Below, in pieces: positions 55,201 to 64,000 of a stretch of DNA of 64,000 bases. The stretch's first letter is position 1, and each line of letters starts with the position of its first letter. This stretch comes from an uncultured Candidatus Pelagibacter sp. (GTDB lineage: Bacteria; Pseudomonadota; Alphaproteobacteria; Pelagibacterales; Pelagibacteraceae). The notes beneath the pieces were generated by a model. It had not been told where the DNA came from. It saw nothing but the letters and a program-made list of their open reading frames with translations, and made no database searches. The DNA is taken from assembly GCA_905612495.1 (NCBI GenBank), contig CAJQSF010000012.1, positions 13,147-77,146 on the forward strand. The letters are read 5' to 3'. The translations under genes and the position numbers were made by a program.

Positions 55201-55256
55201 ACATTTGTTGTTTCATCAATAAACTTACTAGTTTTTACTCTTAAATTTTTTAACAT
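52248..55256 (-). CDS. soxA: Sarcosine oxidase-like alpha subunit
   Basis: GDTLASAL, RSFKYHRPRG, KRYTTTGMGTDQGK, GcvT-like C-terminus; ATG at 55256 preferred. Confidence 0.95.
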   Translation of the reverse strand: MLKNLRVKTSKFIDETTNVSFKFNGKTYYGFKGDTLASALLSNDVHLVGRSFKYHRPRGIMTAGSEEPNAIVQTNDNSAFTEPNVRATEIEIYDGLEASSQNCWPNVDFDIGGINNFLSPLLPAGFYYKTFMWPASFWEKYEYVIRHSAGLGKSPTEPDPDIYDHRYIHCDVLVIGAGITGIMAAKTAAKNNLKTLLLDEKTELGGSTIYQNSDFIKINDQSTSTWLENEITELEKLDNLEIKTRTSVAAYHGYNYLLARENLTDHLSKDDAKNKVRQRLLKIRAKKVIVATGSLERPMVFNNNDRPGIMLSSAIKKYADYYGVATGQKNIFFTNNDTAYESAISLSNKGIKVEAIVDIRENSNSEFTKEAENLGIKIYKNHTVVDTHGYKKLNKISIMELSKDGQSFTNSNKTILDCDCLGMAGGWTPAVHLFTQSGGKLKFRDQDQVFIPNKYPSDQISIGSCNGDFELDEIIKNTSKSLREFLNINQTDFDNLDTKCPKDKIVRNIWLLPSDEVIGKTKPFVDYQNDATANDIKLALREGFRSIEHVKRYTTTGMGTDQGKLGNMHALGIIADTTGIKVGELGTTTFRPPYTPLTFGTMVGRNVGEYFDAFRRTPMNDWHIENKAEFENVGQWKRAWYYPKNDETMHDAVQRESKAARDGAGILDASTLGKIDIQGTDASEFLNRVYTNAWSKLAIGKCRYGLMLNEDGMVYDDGVTTRLDENHYIMTTTTGGAANVLSKLEDYLQTEWPELDVYLSSVTDHYATASVCGPNSKKILNKIIPDLDLSDENFPHMSFKNAKIDNIKCRVMRISFTGEHTYEINVQANFGKSLWEMCMEAGEEFKITPYGTETMHLLRAEKGFIIVGQDTDGTMTPIDLQMDWIVSKKKYDFIGKRSLYRSDTMKEDRKQLVGLITDNPSEVLEEGAQIVANTNATPVEMLGHVTSSYYSPNLNKSIALAVVRGGKNMMGQKLIIAMENKNINVTIVDPVFFDKENVRLNA

Positions 55257-55260
55257 AGGA

Positions 55261-55536
55261 TTAGATGGATGGTGGTTTTTCACCCATTTTATAAATTGCT
55301 TTTATTTCATCATTATTGGTGTCTCTAACCGCATTAAACCATTTTCTACATCCATTTGCGTGGTTCCATCTTTCTAACTGAACACCTTTTATATTTTTTC
55401 TCATAAACAAATATTCAGCCCATTCATCATCACTTAATTCCGTAGGTTGTTTTGGTCTTATTATGTGAGCTTCTCCACCAGCTTTAAATTCGCTTTGTTC
55501 TCTCTCACCGCAAAAAGGACAGGTAATCAAAAACAT
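55261..55536 (-). CDS. soxD: Sarcosine oxidase-like delta subunit
   Basis: CPFCGER, W.H..GCRKWF..VRDT. Confidence 0.95.
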   Translation of the reverse strand: MFLITCPFCGEREQSEFKAGGEAHIIRPKQPTELSDDEWAEYLFMRKNIKGVQLERWNHANGCRKWFNAVRDTNNDEIKAIYKMGEKPPSI

Positions 55537-56801
55537 TAATGAGCTACCGCCGCTGCGCCATGCTCATCAACAAGGTCACCACTAACAAATCTATTTAAAT
55601 TGAAAGCTGCATTAAGTTTGTGAGGTTCGTCATTAGCAATAGTATGTGCAAATAAATCTCCTGAACCAGGTGTTGCTTTAAATCCGCCTGTACCCCAACC
55701 ACAATTAAAGTATAAACCTTTTACTGTTGTTTTACTGATAATAGGACTTGCGTCGGGACAAATATCTACGATACCACCCCATTGTCTAAGCATTCTCATT
55801 CGACTAAAAATTGGGTATAGCTCTAAAATTGCGTTTAAGGTTCCTTCAACAATATCGTGACTTCCTTTTTGAGAATAAGAAACATAATCATCAGTACCAG
55901 CACCTATTACAAGTTCACCCTTGTCTGATTGACTAACATAGGCATGAACTGCATTTGACATAACAACTGTATCAATAATTGGTTTTACAGGTTCTGAGAC
56001 TAATGCTTGAAGTGGTTTACTTTCTAAGGGTAGTCTTAAGCCAGCCATATTTGCTAGTACACTTGAGTGACCTGCAGCAACTACTCCAACTTTTTTAGTT
56101 TTAATAAATCCTTTAGTTGTTTCTATTCCTTCAACCTCATCTCCATTACGCTTAATACCTTTAACTTCACAGTTTTGAATTATATCGACACCCATTTCAT
56201 CAGCACCACGTGCATAGCCCCAGGCAACAGCATCATGTCTGGCAGTACCAGCTCTTCTTTGAAGTGTTCCACCTAATACTGGGTAACGAATATTTGGAGA
56301 TGTATTAATAATAGGGCAAAATTTTTTAACTTCTTCTGTACTTAAATAAACAGCATCAATCCCATTTAACCTATTAGCATGTGTTCTTCTTTTTAAATCC
56401 CTAATGTCTTGTAAATTATGAGCAAGATTCATTACTCCTCTTTGACTAAACATTACATTGTAATTTATCTCTTGAGATAAACCTTCCCAAAGTTTTAGTG
56501 CATGATCATAAAGGCCTGCACTTGCATCCCATAAGTAATTTGATCTTATGATTGTAGTATTTCTTCCTGTATTACCACCACCAATCCAACCTTTTTCAAC
56601 AACAGCAATATTTTTCATATTATGTTTTTTTGCTAAATAATATGCTGTAGCCAGACCGTGACCACCTCCACCAATAATTACTGCGTCATACTCTTTTTTT
56701 GGAACAGGGTCTTTCCAGGCTTTCCCCCAGTTCTCGTGGTAAGAAAAAGCATTTTTGATTAAAGAAAATATTGAATACTTATTTTTCATAATATTATTCA
56801 A
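55536..56801 (-). CDS. soxB: Sarcosine oxidase-like beta subunit
   Basis: [39 protein letters not shown]. Confidence 0.96.
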   Translation of the reverse strand: MNNIMKNKYSIFSLIKNAFSYHENWGKAWKDPVPKKEYDAVIIGGGGHGLATAYYLAKKHNMKNIAVVEKGWIGGGNTGRNTTIIRSNYLWDASAGLYDHALKLWEGLSQEINYNVMFSQRGVMNLAHNLQDIRDLKRRTHANRLNGIDAVYLSTEEVKKFCPIINTSPNIRYPVLGGTLQRRAGTARHDAVAWGYARGADEMGVDIIQNCEVKGIKRNGDEVEGIETTKGFIKTKKVGVVAAGHSSVLANMAGLRLPLESKPLQALVSEPVKPIIDTVVMSNAVHAYVSQSDKGELVIGAGTDDYVSYSQKGSHDIVEGTLNAILELYPIFSRMRMLRQWGGIVDICPDASPIISKTTVKGLYFNCGWGTGGFKATPGSGDLFAHTIANDEPHKLNAAFNLNRFVSGDLVDEHGAAAVAH

Positions 56802-56857
56802 GAATTACTTTATAAATATTGAAAATTCAATACAATCGGTTATATCCTTATTTGATT

Positions 56858-56948
56858 GGAAGCGTGGGTGAGTTGGCTTAAACCAGTAGTTTGCTAAATT
56901 GCCGTAGGGGTAACTCTACCGTGGGTTCGAATCCCACCGCTTCCGCCA
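56858..56948 (+). tRNA. tRNA-Ser(GCT)
   Basis: GGAAGCG/CGCTTCC acceptor stem, anticodon loop TTGCTAA, long variable arm, GGTTCGAATCC, encoded CCA. Confidence 0.96.
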
Positions 56949-59222
56949 TTAAAATAAAGGATGATTTTTAAAAAAGTCTTTCATTTTAATGGGTTTTTTC
57001 TCTAATATGTATCGATAAACATTATAATTTTCCATAACACGTTGAACGTAATTTCTTGTTTCTTTAAATTTTATTAGTTCAACCCAATCTACAAAATCAA
57101 CTTGGTTTTTTTGAGGATCTTTATTAATTTTTCTCCAATATTTAACTCGTTTTGGGCCAGCATTGTATGCCGCAGTAGCAAAAGGGTAGGCACCATCATA
57201 CTGTAAGATTAGACCCGCTATATAATGTGATCCAAGATTAATATTATATTCAGGGTCAGATGTTAATCTTGATTTTGAATATGGAAGCTTTGCTTGTTTG
57301 GAAACTAATTTTGCTGTATATGGCATTAATTGCATTAATCCTTGTGCACCTGCATGACTATTTGCAGACATATCAAATTCACTTTCCTGTCTAATTAATG
57401 AAAGTATAAATGCTGTTTCAGGTATTTTACGACCATTAACATAATTAGGAGTACTTATAATTGGATAGTTAAAAACATTATGAAATCTTTTTTCATAAGA
57501 GGCTATTTTTGATATTTGTATTGCAAAATCATATCTTGAAATATCTGAAGCAAGCTCGGCTGCTAAAATTTCACTACCCTTACTTACACTATCGTTTGCA
57601 ATATGTTTTAAAATATTTTTAGTATATTTGGTTTTATTCAATTCATCTAAAAGATAAATAATTTTTACTAAATCTTTTTTATAGAAATATTTTCTATATT
57701 CATCTGTAATCATTTGTTGTTCTTCAAGTTCAAATTTTTCATTAGGTTTGATTTTTAAATGAGCTAATTGACCATAATATGTTGTTAAATACTTGGTTGC
57801 TTCTTCGTACCATTGTTGTGATTGTTTTTGGTCTCCAATTTTTTCATAAGATCTTCCAAGCCAATATGCTCCTCTAGATAAACTTATTGGATAACTAACA
57901 TTTTGATAAAAATTATTAAAATGATCTATTGCTAGAATTGGATCTTTTAAAAAACTGAGAGCAATCCAACCACTCATCCATTCAGCTTCAGCAAATTCTG
58001 GACTTTTATCAAGAGAATGTTGACTTGTAACCTTGTAAGCTGACTCATATCTTTTTTTATATATAAGAGCGCGTGCCATAATTGCTCTTTCTGTCCACCA
58101 TTTATCAGGTCTAACTAAATAATCTTTATTATTTTTAAGTTTAGTGATAATTTTTAGTGAATCGTCGACTCTCCCTCTTTTTCTTCTCCATTTTAGTCGA
58201 TCGTAGTTTAATCCAGCATCATTTTTTAATTTAGATGGAACATCTCTAATTGCTTTGTCAACACCATATGATTTACTCATTAGTATTTGTCTAGCAGTAT
58301 AAAGTAACTCGTAGTCTTTAGGCAAATACCTCAACATTCTTTTTAAATCCCAAGATTTGCCTTCCCAAGCTAAATAGTCAGCTCGTTTAATATAGTCACC
58401 TGCATTTAAATATTTTTTATATTTTTTTCTAAAAAATTTCATATTAGCTCTATTTAGATCTGCATTTATCCATCCATCTTTAATTAAAGAAGTTCCCTTT
58501 TTAATATCACCAGTTTGTATAAAACTTTCTCCAAGTATTAATTTTCCATAACCACTTAATGGCTCACCTGAGTCAAACCAGTCTATTATTTTTTTTGGTG
58601 AAATCTTATCTGTTGAAAGTTTGTGCTCAGCTAAATAACGAATTCTACCAATTCTAGGGTAATTTTTATTACGTTTAATAAATGACAAATAATCATAAAA
58701 ACTTGCTTGATTACCTGTCGTTAATAAATATCTCCACTGTATATAATTATAAATAGATTTATCTTTAGCCTTTTTTGATAAAGATAAGGCATTTGTCCAT
58801 TGACGTTTTTCTACAGCCTTAACAGATTTTTTAGCAATATTAAAATCTCTCTGACTATAAAATTTTGATCTTGTTTTTTTTGCTGTAGATGGTTCATTTA
58901 TTATTAAAGGTTTATTTCTTGGTATTATAGAGTTATTTTTTTGAATTTTTTTTTCAACTGTCTTAGCGATTGACTTCTTTATTTTTTTTGAGGGTTTAGA
59001 TTTAGGACTTAAAATTTCTTTGGATATTTTTTGCTCTTCCACTTTTTTAATGGGTTTTGATTTAGGTCTTATAATTCCCTGTGTTAATTTACTTTGTTTT
59101 GTTATTTTATCTAAAATAGGTTTTTTCAATGGTATTATTGATAACTCAATGGCATTTGAATTATCTACAAGTAATAATGTCAGCAGTAATAATTTTATAT
59201 AAAATGATATATTTTTAAGCAT
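56949..59222 (-). CDS. slt: Soluble lytic murein transglycosylase (Slt70-like)
   Basis: IRQESEF, GAQGLMQLMP, AAYNAGP, ETRNYVQRV. Confidence 0.93.
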   Translation of the reverse strand: MLKNISFYIKLLLLTLLLVDNSNAIELSIIPLKKPILDKITKQSKLTQGIIRPKSKPIKKVEEQKISKEILSPKSKPSKKIKKSIAKTVEKKIQKNNSIIPRNKPLIINEPSTAKKTRSKFYSQRDFNIAKKSVKAVEKRQWTNALSLSKKAKDKSIYNYIQWRYLLTTGNQASFYDYLSFIKRNKNYPRIGRIRYLAEHKLSTDKISPKKIIDWFDSGEPLSGYGKLILGESFIQTGDIKKGTSLIKDGWINADLNRANMKFFRKKYKKYLNAGDYIKRADYLAWEGKSWDLKRMLRYLPKDYELLYTARQILMSKSYGVDKAIRDVPSKLKNDAGLNYDRLKWRRKRGRVDDSLKIITKLKNNKDYLVRPDKWWTERAIMARALIYKKRYESAYKVTSQHSLDKSPEFAEAEWMSGWIALSFLKDPILAIDHFNNFYQNVSYPISLSRGAYWLGRSYEKIGDQKQSQQWYEEATKYLTTYYGQLAHLKIKPNEKFELEEQQMITDEYRKYFYKKDLVKIIYLLDELNKTKYTKNILKHIANDSVSKGSEILAAELASDISRYDFAIQISKIASYEKRFHNVFNYPIISTPNYVNGRKIPETAFILSLIRQESEFDMSANSHAGAQGLMQLMPYTAKLVSKQAKLPYSKSRLTSDPEYNINLGSHYIAGLILQYDGAYPFATAAYNAGPKRVKYWRKINKDPQKNQVDFVDWVELIKFKETRNYVQRVMENYNVYRYILEKKPIKMKDFFKNHPLF

Positions 59223-59264
59223 AAATTTTACTAAATGAATCGATAAACTATGTTATAAGTATTT

Positions 59265-60146
59265 ATGTTCAAAGGATCAAATGTTGCTTTAATAACCCCA
59301 TTTAAAAATGATAAGCTTGACGAAGAAGCTTATATTAAGCTTATTCATTTCCAAATCACCAATGGTACTAATGGCCTAGTTCCTGCTGGAACAACCGGTG
59401 AATCTCCAACATTAAGCCACGATGAACATCAAAAAGTTATTGAATTGTGCATTCAAGAAAGCAAAGGGAAAAGCATAGTAATCGCTGGTACTGGCTCTAA
59501 TTCAACAAAAGAAGCCATTTCCTTAACCACTCATGCTGAAAAAGTTGGTGCAGACGCCGCTTTAATAGTCACTCCTTATTATAATAAGCCAACTCAAGAA
59601 GGTTTATATCAACACTATAAAGCTATTAATGACCAGATTGGTATACCTATTCTAATTTATAATATTCCAGGACGATCTGTAATTGATATGTCCGTTGATA
59701 CTATGGCTAGGTTGTTTGAGTTAAAAAATATTGTAGGTGTTAAAGATGCAACAGGAGACCTTGATAGAGTAGATCAACAAAAAATTAAAATGGGTAATAA
59801 TTTTATTCAATTAACTGGCAATGATGACAATGCACTTGATTTCAATAAAAGAGGTGGTGTAGGCTCAATTAGTGTTACAGCAAACATAGCTCCAAAACTT
59901 TGTTCTGATTTTCAAAAATCTTCTAAAATAGACTCTGAAGAAGGAAAATTAGAAGCAGAAAGATTAGATAAAATACTTCAGCCAATTCATAATTCCATGT
60001 TTATTGAGAGCAACCCAAGCCCAGTTAAATATGCAGCAAAACTTTTAGGATTATGTGAGGACGATGTTAGATTGCCTTTAGTGAAGCTTACAGAACCAAC
60101 TAAGGAAGCTGTTAAAAAAGCTTTAGTATCAGCAAACCTACTCTAA
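59265..60146 (+). CDS. dapA: 4-hydroxy-tetrahydrodipicolinate synthase
   Basis: GTTGES, PYYNKP, YNIPGR, GVKDATG. Confidence 0.98.
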   Translation: MFKGSNVALITPFKNDKLDEEAYIKLIHFQITNGTNGLVPAGTTGESPTLSHDEHQKVIELCIQESKGKSIVIAGTGSNSTKEAISLTTHAEKVGADAALIVTPYYNKPTQEGLYQHYKAINDQIGIPILIYNIPGRSVIDMSVDTMARLFELKNIVGVKDATGDLDRVDQQKIKMGNNFIQLTGNDDNALDFNKRGGVGSISVTANIAPKLCSDFQKSSKIDSEEGKLEAERLDKILQPIHNSMFIESNPSPVKYAAKLLGLCEDDVRLPLVKLTEPTKEAVKKALVSANLL

Positions 60147-60616
60147 TGAACAAAAAAACCAATCCTGGTTTAAAAATTATTTGTTTAAATAGAAAAGCAA
60201 GTTTTAACTATTTTTTTGAAGAATTAATAGAGGCAGGAATTGTACTCAAAGGATCTGAGATCAAATCAATAAGAGATGGCAAAGTTAATATAGCCGATTC
60301 ATATGCTGTAGAAAAAGATGGTGAGATAGTTTTAATTAATTCTCATATTGCTGCTTTCAAACAAGCTAGTTATTCAAATCACAATCCAATGGACGAAAGA
60401 AAACTTTTATTAAATAGAAAAGAAATTAATAAATTAATTGGTAAAATGCAGAGAGATGGTTTAACGCTCGTTCCAACAAAGATGTATTTTAAAAAGGGCA
60501 AGGCTAAAATAGAAATAGCAGTAGCTAAAGGGAAAAAGCAATTCGACAAAAGAGCGACTAAAAAAAATAAAGATTGGAATCGTGAAAAAGCAAGACACAT
60601 CAGAAAATCTAGCTAA
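60146..60616 (+). CDS. smpB: SsrA-binding protein
   Basis: [32 protein letters not shown]. Confidence 0.98.
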   Translation: MNKKTNPGLKIICLNRKASFNYFFEELIEAGIVLKGSEIKSIRDGKVNIADSYAVEKDGEIVLINSHIAAFKQASYSNHNPMDERKLLLNRKEINKLIGKMQRDGLTLVPTKMYFKKGKAKIEIAVAKGKKQFDKRATKKNKDWNREKARHIRKSS

Positions 60617-61103
60617 ATTAGCATACCTAGCCATAGGATCAAATTTAGGAAATAAAATTAGCAACATTGAAATAACTAAATTTGAATTAGAAGAGAATAA
60701 AATTAAAATTTTAAAGTCTTCATCTAATTATATATCTGAATCCTGGCCAGACCCTTCTATGCCTAAATATATCAATATTATTATAAAGATTAAAACAACC
60801 TTAGCTCCAATGAAATTATTAAAAATTTGTAATCTAATTGAGTTAAAATTAGGTAGAGTTAGGTCTAAAAAAAATGCACCAAGAGTATGTGATATTGATA
60901 TTATTGATTATGACAAAAAAATACTAAACAAAAAAGATAGGCAATTAATTTTGCCACACCCTAGAATAAATAAAAGAAATTTTGTATTATTACCTCTATT
61001 TGAAGTGGATAAATCATGGAAACATCCAAAATCTAAGATTAATATAGTTAATTTGATAAACTCATTACCGGTTAGTGACTTAAGGTCTATTAAACAAATA
61101 TAA
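60582..61103 (+). CDS. folK: HPPK (folate biosynthesis pyrophosphokinase)
   Basis: [24 protein letters not shown]...RNFVLLPL. Confidence 0.95.
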   Translation: MKKQDTSENLAKLAYLAIGSNLGNKISNIEITKFELEENKIKILKSSSNYISESWPDPSMPKYINIIIKIKTTLAPMKLLKICNLIELKLGRVRSKKNAPRVCDIDIIDYDKKILNKKDRQLILPHPRINKRNFVLLPLFEVDKSWKHPKSKINIVNLINSLPVSDLRSIKQI

Positions 61104-61122
61104 ATTAATGTTATAATTAAGG

Positions 61123-62880
61123 ATGCTTAATTCTGAAGAATTAATAAACAAAGTTAAATTATATAATAAATTTTTAAATCCGGAAAAATTAAATAAAGCT
61201 TATAAATTTGCTGTTAAAGCACACGAAAATCAAAAACGTGATTCTGGCGACCCATATTCAATACATCCTATAGCTGTAGCAAACATATTAACAGAGCTAA
61301 AGCTAGATAGTGCAACGATAGCAACAGGACTACTTCATGACACCATTGAAGATACGCACGCTACTTACGAAACTATAAAAAATGAGTTTGGACAAGAAGT
61401 TGCTGATTTAGTTGACGGCGTAACAAAAATATCAGTCTTTGAAAATCAAGCTACATCTATATCAAAAGCAGAAAATTTTAGAAAATTAATTTTAGCAACC
61501 TCAAAAGATATTAGAGTTTTACTTGTTAAAATTGCTGATCGACTACACAACATGAGAACTATTGAATCAATTTTAAAAATTGAAAAAAAAGAACGTATTG
61601 CAAAAGAAACTATGGAAATTTACGCACCTTTAGCAGACAGAATGGGGATGCATAGAATTAGAGATGAGTTAGAGGATTTATCTTTTAAAGTTCTAAATAA
61701 TAGCGCAAGAGAACTTATAAAAAAAAGATTAGATGAAATAAAAGACAATAAAGTAAATAGCTTTAACTCAATCTCATTGCAATTCAGTAGATTGCTTAAT
61801 AGCAACAAAATAAATGCTAAAATTATTGGTAGAGAGAAAACACCATTTTCTATTTGGAGAAAAGTTCAAAAAAAAAGAATATCACTAGAGCAAATTTCAG
61901 ATATCATTGGATTTAGGATAATACTTGATAATGTTGAAGACTGTTACAAAGCCCTTGGGATATTTCACAAAGAATGGAATTGTATACCTGGAAAATTTAA
62001 AGACTATATTTCATCTCCTAAAATTAACAAATATCAATCATTGCATACTTCAATTATAGGACCCAACAGAAGACCAATTGAAATACAACTTAGAACTTTA
62101 CAAATGCACGAGTATGCAGAAAGAGGTATTGCCTCTCACTGGAAGTATAAATCTTCTGAAAAATTCAACTCCTTAACTTGGAAAGAGTATGACTGGCTTG
62201 CCGATTTAGTTGAGATTATCGATAAGAATGAAAACCCAGAACACTCTTATGAATATACTAAGCTACAAATGTTTCAGGAAAATGTCTTTTGCTTTACTCC
62301 AAAAGGAGCTGTAATTAAATTACCAAAGGATGCAACTCCGATTGATTTTGCATATGCTGTACATACTAAAATCGGCAATAGCACTATAGCTTGTAAGATA
62401 AATGGTAATGACAGTGAGTTACAGAGCATCCTTTATAATGGGGACGTTGTGGATATCATTACTTCTACAAATAAATCACCATCATTGCACTGGATACCTA
62501 TTACAAAAACTGGAAAAGCAAGATCGGCAATCAGAAAATATTGGTATAAAAAAGGAGAAGAGAAGGCTCAAAGAATCAAAAAATATAACACCACCTTATG
62601 GATTTCTTTACCTGATAAACCAGGAAAACTAGGCGAGATAACAACTTTACTTGGTCAGCATAGTTTAAATATATCAAGTGTTGAAATGAAGGAAAAGTCT
62701 AAAGATTATATTAATTTTAAATTTAATCTAATTATAAGAGACCTGAAGAACTTTACAAATTTCATCAGTGAGTTAAAACAAAAGGAGATAAAATTTAAAA
62801 TCATTAGACACGAGGATAACTGGTTAAAGGAACGTAATGCTTTCACACAAAAAATCTTTAAATATTTTAAAAAAAACTAA
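61123..62880 (+). CDS. spoT: RelA/SpoT homolog (compact, 585 aa)
   Basis: HD hydrolase motif (LLHDTIED), synthetase (YQSLHT, EIQLRT), TGS (FAYAVHT), ACT-like C-terminus (DKPGKL). Confidence 0.93.
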   Translation: MLNSEELINKVKLYNKFLNPEKLNKAYKFAVKAHENQKRDSGDPYSIHPIAVANILTELKLDSATIATGLLHDTIEDTHATYETIKNEFGQEVADLVDGVTKISVFENQATSISKAENFRKLILATSKDIRVLLVKIADRLHNMRTIESILKIEKKERIAKETMEIYAPLADRMGMHRIRDELEDLSFKVLNNSARELIKKRLDEIKDNKVNSFNSISLQFSRLLNSNKINAKIIGREKTPFSIWRKVQKKRISLEQISDIIGFRIILDNVEDCYKALGIFHKEWNCIPGKFKDYISSPKINKYQSLHTSIIGPNRRPIEIQLRTLQMHEYAERGIASHWKYKSSEKFNSLTWKEYDWLADLVEIIDKNENPEHSYEYTKLQMFQENVFCFTPKGAVIKLPKDATPIDFAYAVHTKIGNSTIACKINGNDSELQSILYNGDVVDIITSTNKSPSLHWIPITKTGKARSAIRKYWYKKGEEKAQRIKKYNTTLWISLPDKPGKLGEITTLLGQHSLNISSVEMKEKSKDYINFKFNLIIRDLKNFTNFISELKQKEIKFKIIRHEDNWLKERNAFTQKIFKYFKKN

Positions 62881-63424
62881 CGCACTTATAGAGGGTCATT
62901 TCATACTTTCCTCAGGTTTGCACTCAGCAAAGTATATCCAGTGTGCAAAATTATTAAGCTTTCCACATTTAGCAGAAGATATTTGTTCTTCATTAGCTAA
63001 AAAAATTAAAAAAAAATTTAAGTCTATAGATTTAATTTTAGCTCCAGCGATGGGAGGTGTTATTATTGGATATGAAATTGGAAAATTATTAAAAAAAGAA
63101 ACAATATTCTGTGAAAGAGTTGATGGTAAATTTACGTTAAGAAGAGGCTTTCATATTAAGAAAGGCTCAAAGGTTATTATTATTGAGGATGTTATAACAA
63201 CCGGTAAATCAAGTTTAGAGTGTGTAAAATTAATTACAAAAGCAGGTGCTAAACTAGTCGGCTTTGCATCCATTATAGACAGATCAGCCAAAAAAACTTT
63301 AAAGATAAAAAAGAATATTATCTCACACATGAAAATTGATGTACCTACATTCAGAAAAAATAAGCTTCCAGAGACACTTAAAAAAACTCTTATTACGGTA
63401 CCTGGAAGTAGATTTATAAAATGA
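62837..63424 (+). CDS. pyrE: Orotate phosphoribosyltransferase
   Basis: GHFILSSGLHS, IIEDVITTGKS. Confidence 0.96.
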   Translation: MLSHKKSLNILKKTNALIEGHFILSSGLHSAKYIQCAKLLSFPHLAEDICSSLAKKIKKKFKSIDLILAPAMGGVIIGYEIGKLLKKETIFCERVDGKFTLRRGFHIKKGSKVIIIEDVITTGKSSLECVKLITKAGAKLVGFASIIDRSAKKTLKIKKNIISHMKIDVPTFRKNKLPETLKKTLITVPGSRFIK

Positions 63425-64000
63425 AAAGATTAGGCGTAAATATTGATCATGTAGCAACAATTAGAAATGCAAGGGGTTCCTTCCACCCTGATCCCCTTAG
63501 TATTGCTCAGCACGTCATGGAATGTGGAGCTCACTCTATAACAATACACTTAAGAGAAGACAGAAGACATATACGTGATTTAGATGTTGTTAAGATTTGT
63601 AAAAATAAAAAAATCGTAACTAATTTAGAAATTTCATTTAATGAGGATATAATAAAGATAGCCTTACAAAATAAACCCAATTTTATATGTATAGTTCCCG
63701 AAAATAGAAAAGAAGTAACTACTGAAGGTGGTTTAAATTTATCAAAAAACTTAAATAAAATTAAAAAAATTATTAGTCAATTTAAAAAAAAAAATATTAG
63801 AACAAGCTTGTTTATTGATCCCAATTTAAATGACATCAAAATTGCAAAAAAATTAAATGCTAACTGTGTTGAGCTTCATACAGGGAAAATTTCAGATTTG
63901 GTTAAGAATAAAAAAAATCACACTTACGAATATAAAAAAATTAAGAAGTGTTGTGAACTTGCAAAAAAAATTGGGATAGAAGTTCATGCTGGCCATGGCC
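63421..64000 (+). CDS. pdxJ: Pyridoxine 5'-phosphate synthase (3'-truncated by window)
   Basis: Own translation: MKRLGVNIDHVATIRNAR, HLREDRRHI, VELHTG, VHAGHG. Confidence 0.96.
   Translation, partial: MKRLGVNIDHVATIRNARGSFHPDPLSIAQHVMECGAHSITIHLREDRRHIRDLDVVKICKNKKIVTNLEISFNEDIIKIALQNKPNFICIVPENRKEVTTEGGLNLSKNLNKIKKIISQFKKKNIRTSLFIDPNLNDIKIAKKLNANCVELHTGKISDLVKNKKNHTYEYKKIKKCCELAKKIGIEVHAGHG

Noticed and set aside
56858-56948. tRNA-Ser as an island integration site
   Set aside because: Its 3' end directly abuts the slt stop codon; no duplicated tRNA fragment or integrase seen in the window

Overview
This is an AT-rich, gene-dense alphaproteobacterial chromosome segment. Gene content, order and minimal intergenic DNA fit SAR11/Pelagibacterales (inferred, not database-checked). 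Positions 1-42.8 kb and 49.85-64 kb are mostly core genome: rpoB(partial)-rpoC, the str/S10/spc/alpha ribosomal cluster (no tuf, no rpmD), lipB, mgtE, panC, galU-ugd, topA-plsY-pyrC-pyrB, gatCAB, an autotransporter, O-methyltransferase-trhO-MATE-nuclease, an ABC permease plus binding protein, soxBDAG, tRNA-Ser(GCT), slt and dapA-smpB-folK-rsh-pyrE-pdxJ(partial). The standout is a 7.0-kb array at 42798-49833. Five direct copies of a GC-rich core (GGGGCGTTCTGTTACCCGGTGCCCCAGACCGTGCTTCT, 38 bp; the last copy truncated) sit inside attP-like intergenic elements of about 200-230 bp with near-fixed geometry. They delimit four tightly packed units (1171, 3449, 1778 and 611 bp) that encode only co-oriented exported proteins. 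These proteins are built from shared modules: a DNA-conserved MKKxLGI signal peptide, a SHOCT-like tail, an HExxH peptidase domain and a Cys-containing domain. No integrase is present in the window. The arms co-vary by unit, as expected if each unit moves as a cassette recombining within the core. The minus strand of the core resembles the 3' end of the alphaproteobacterial two-piece tmRNA. The best interpretation (inference) is a non-canonical, integron-like array of non-autonomous cassettes that diversifies surface proteins.
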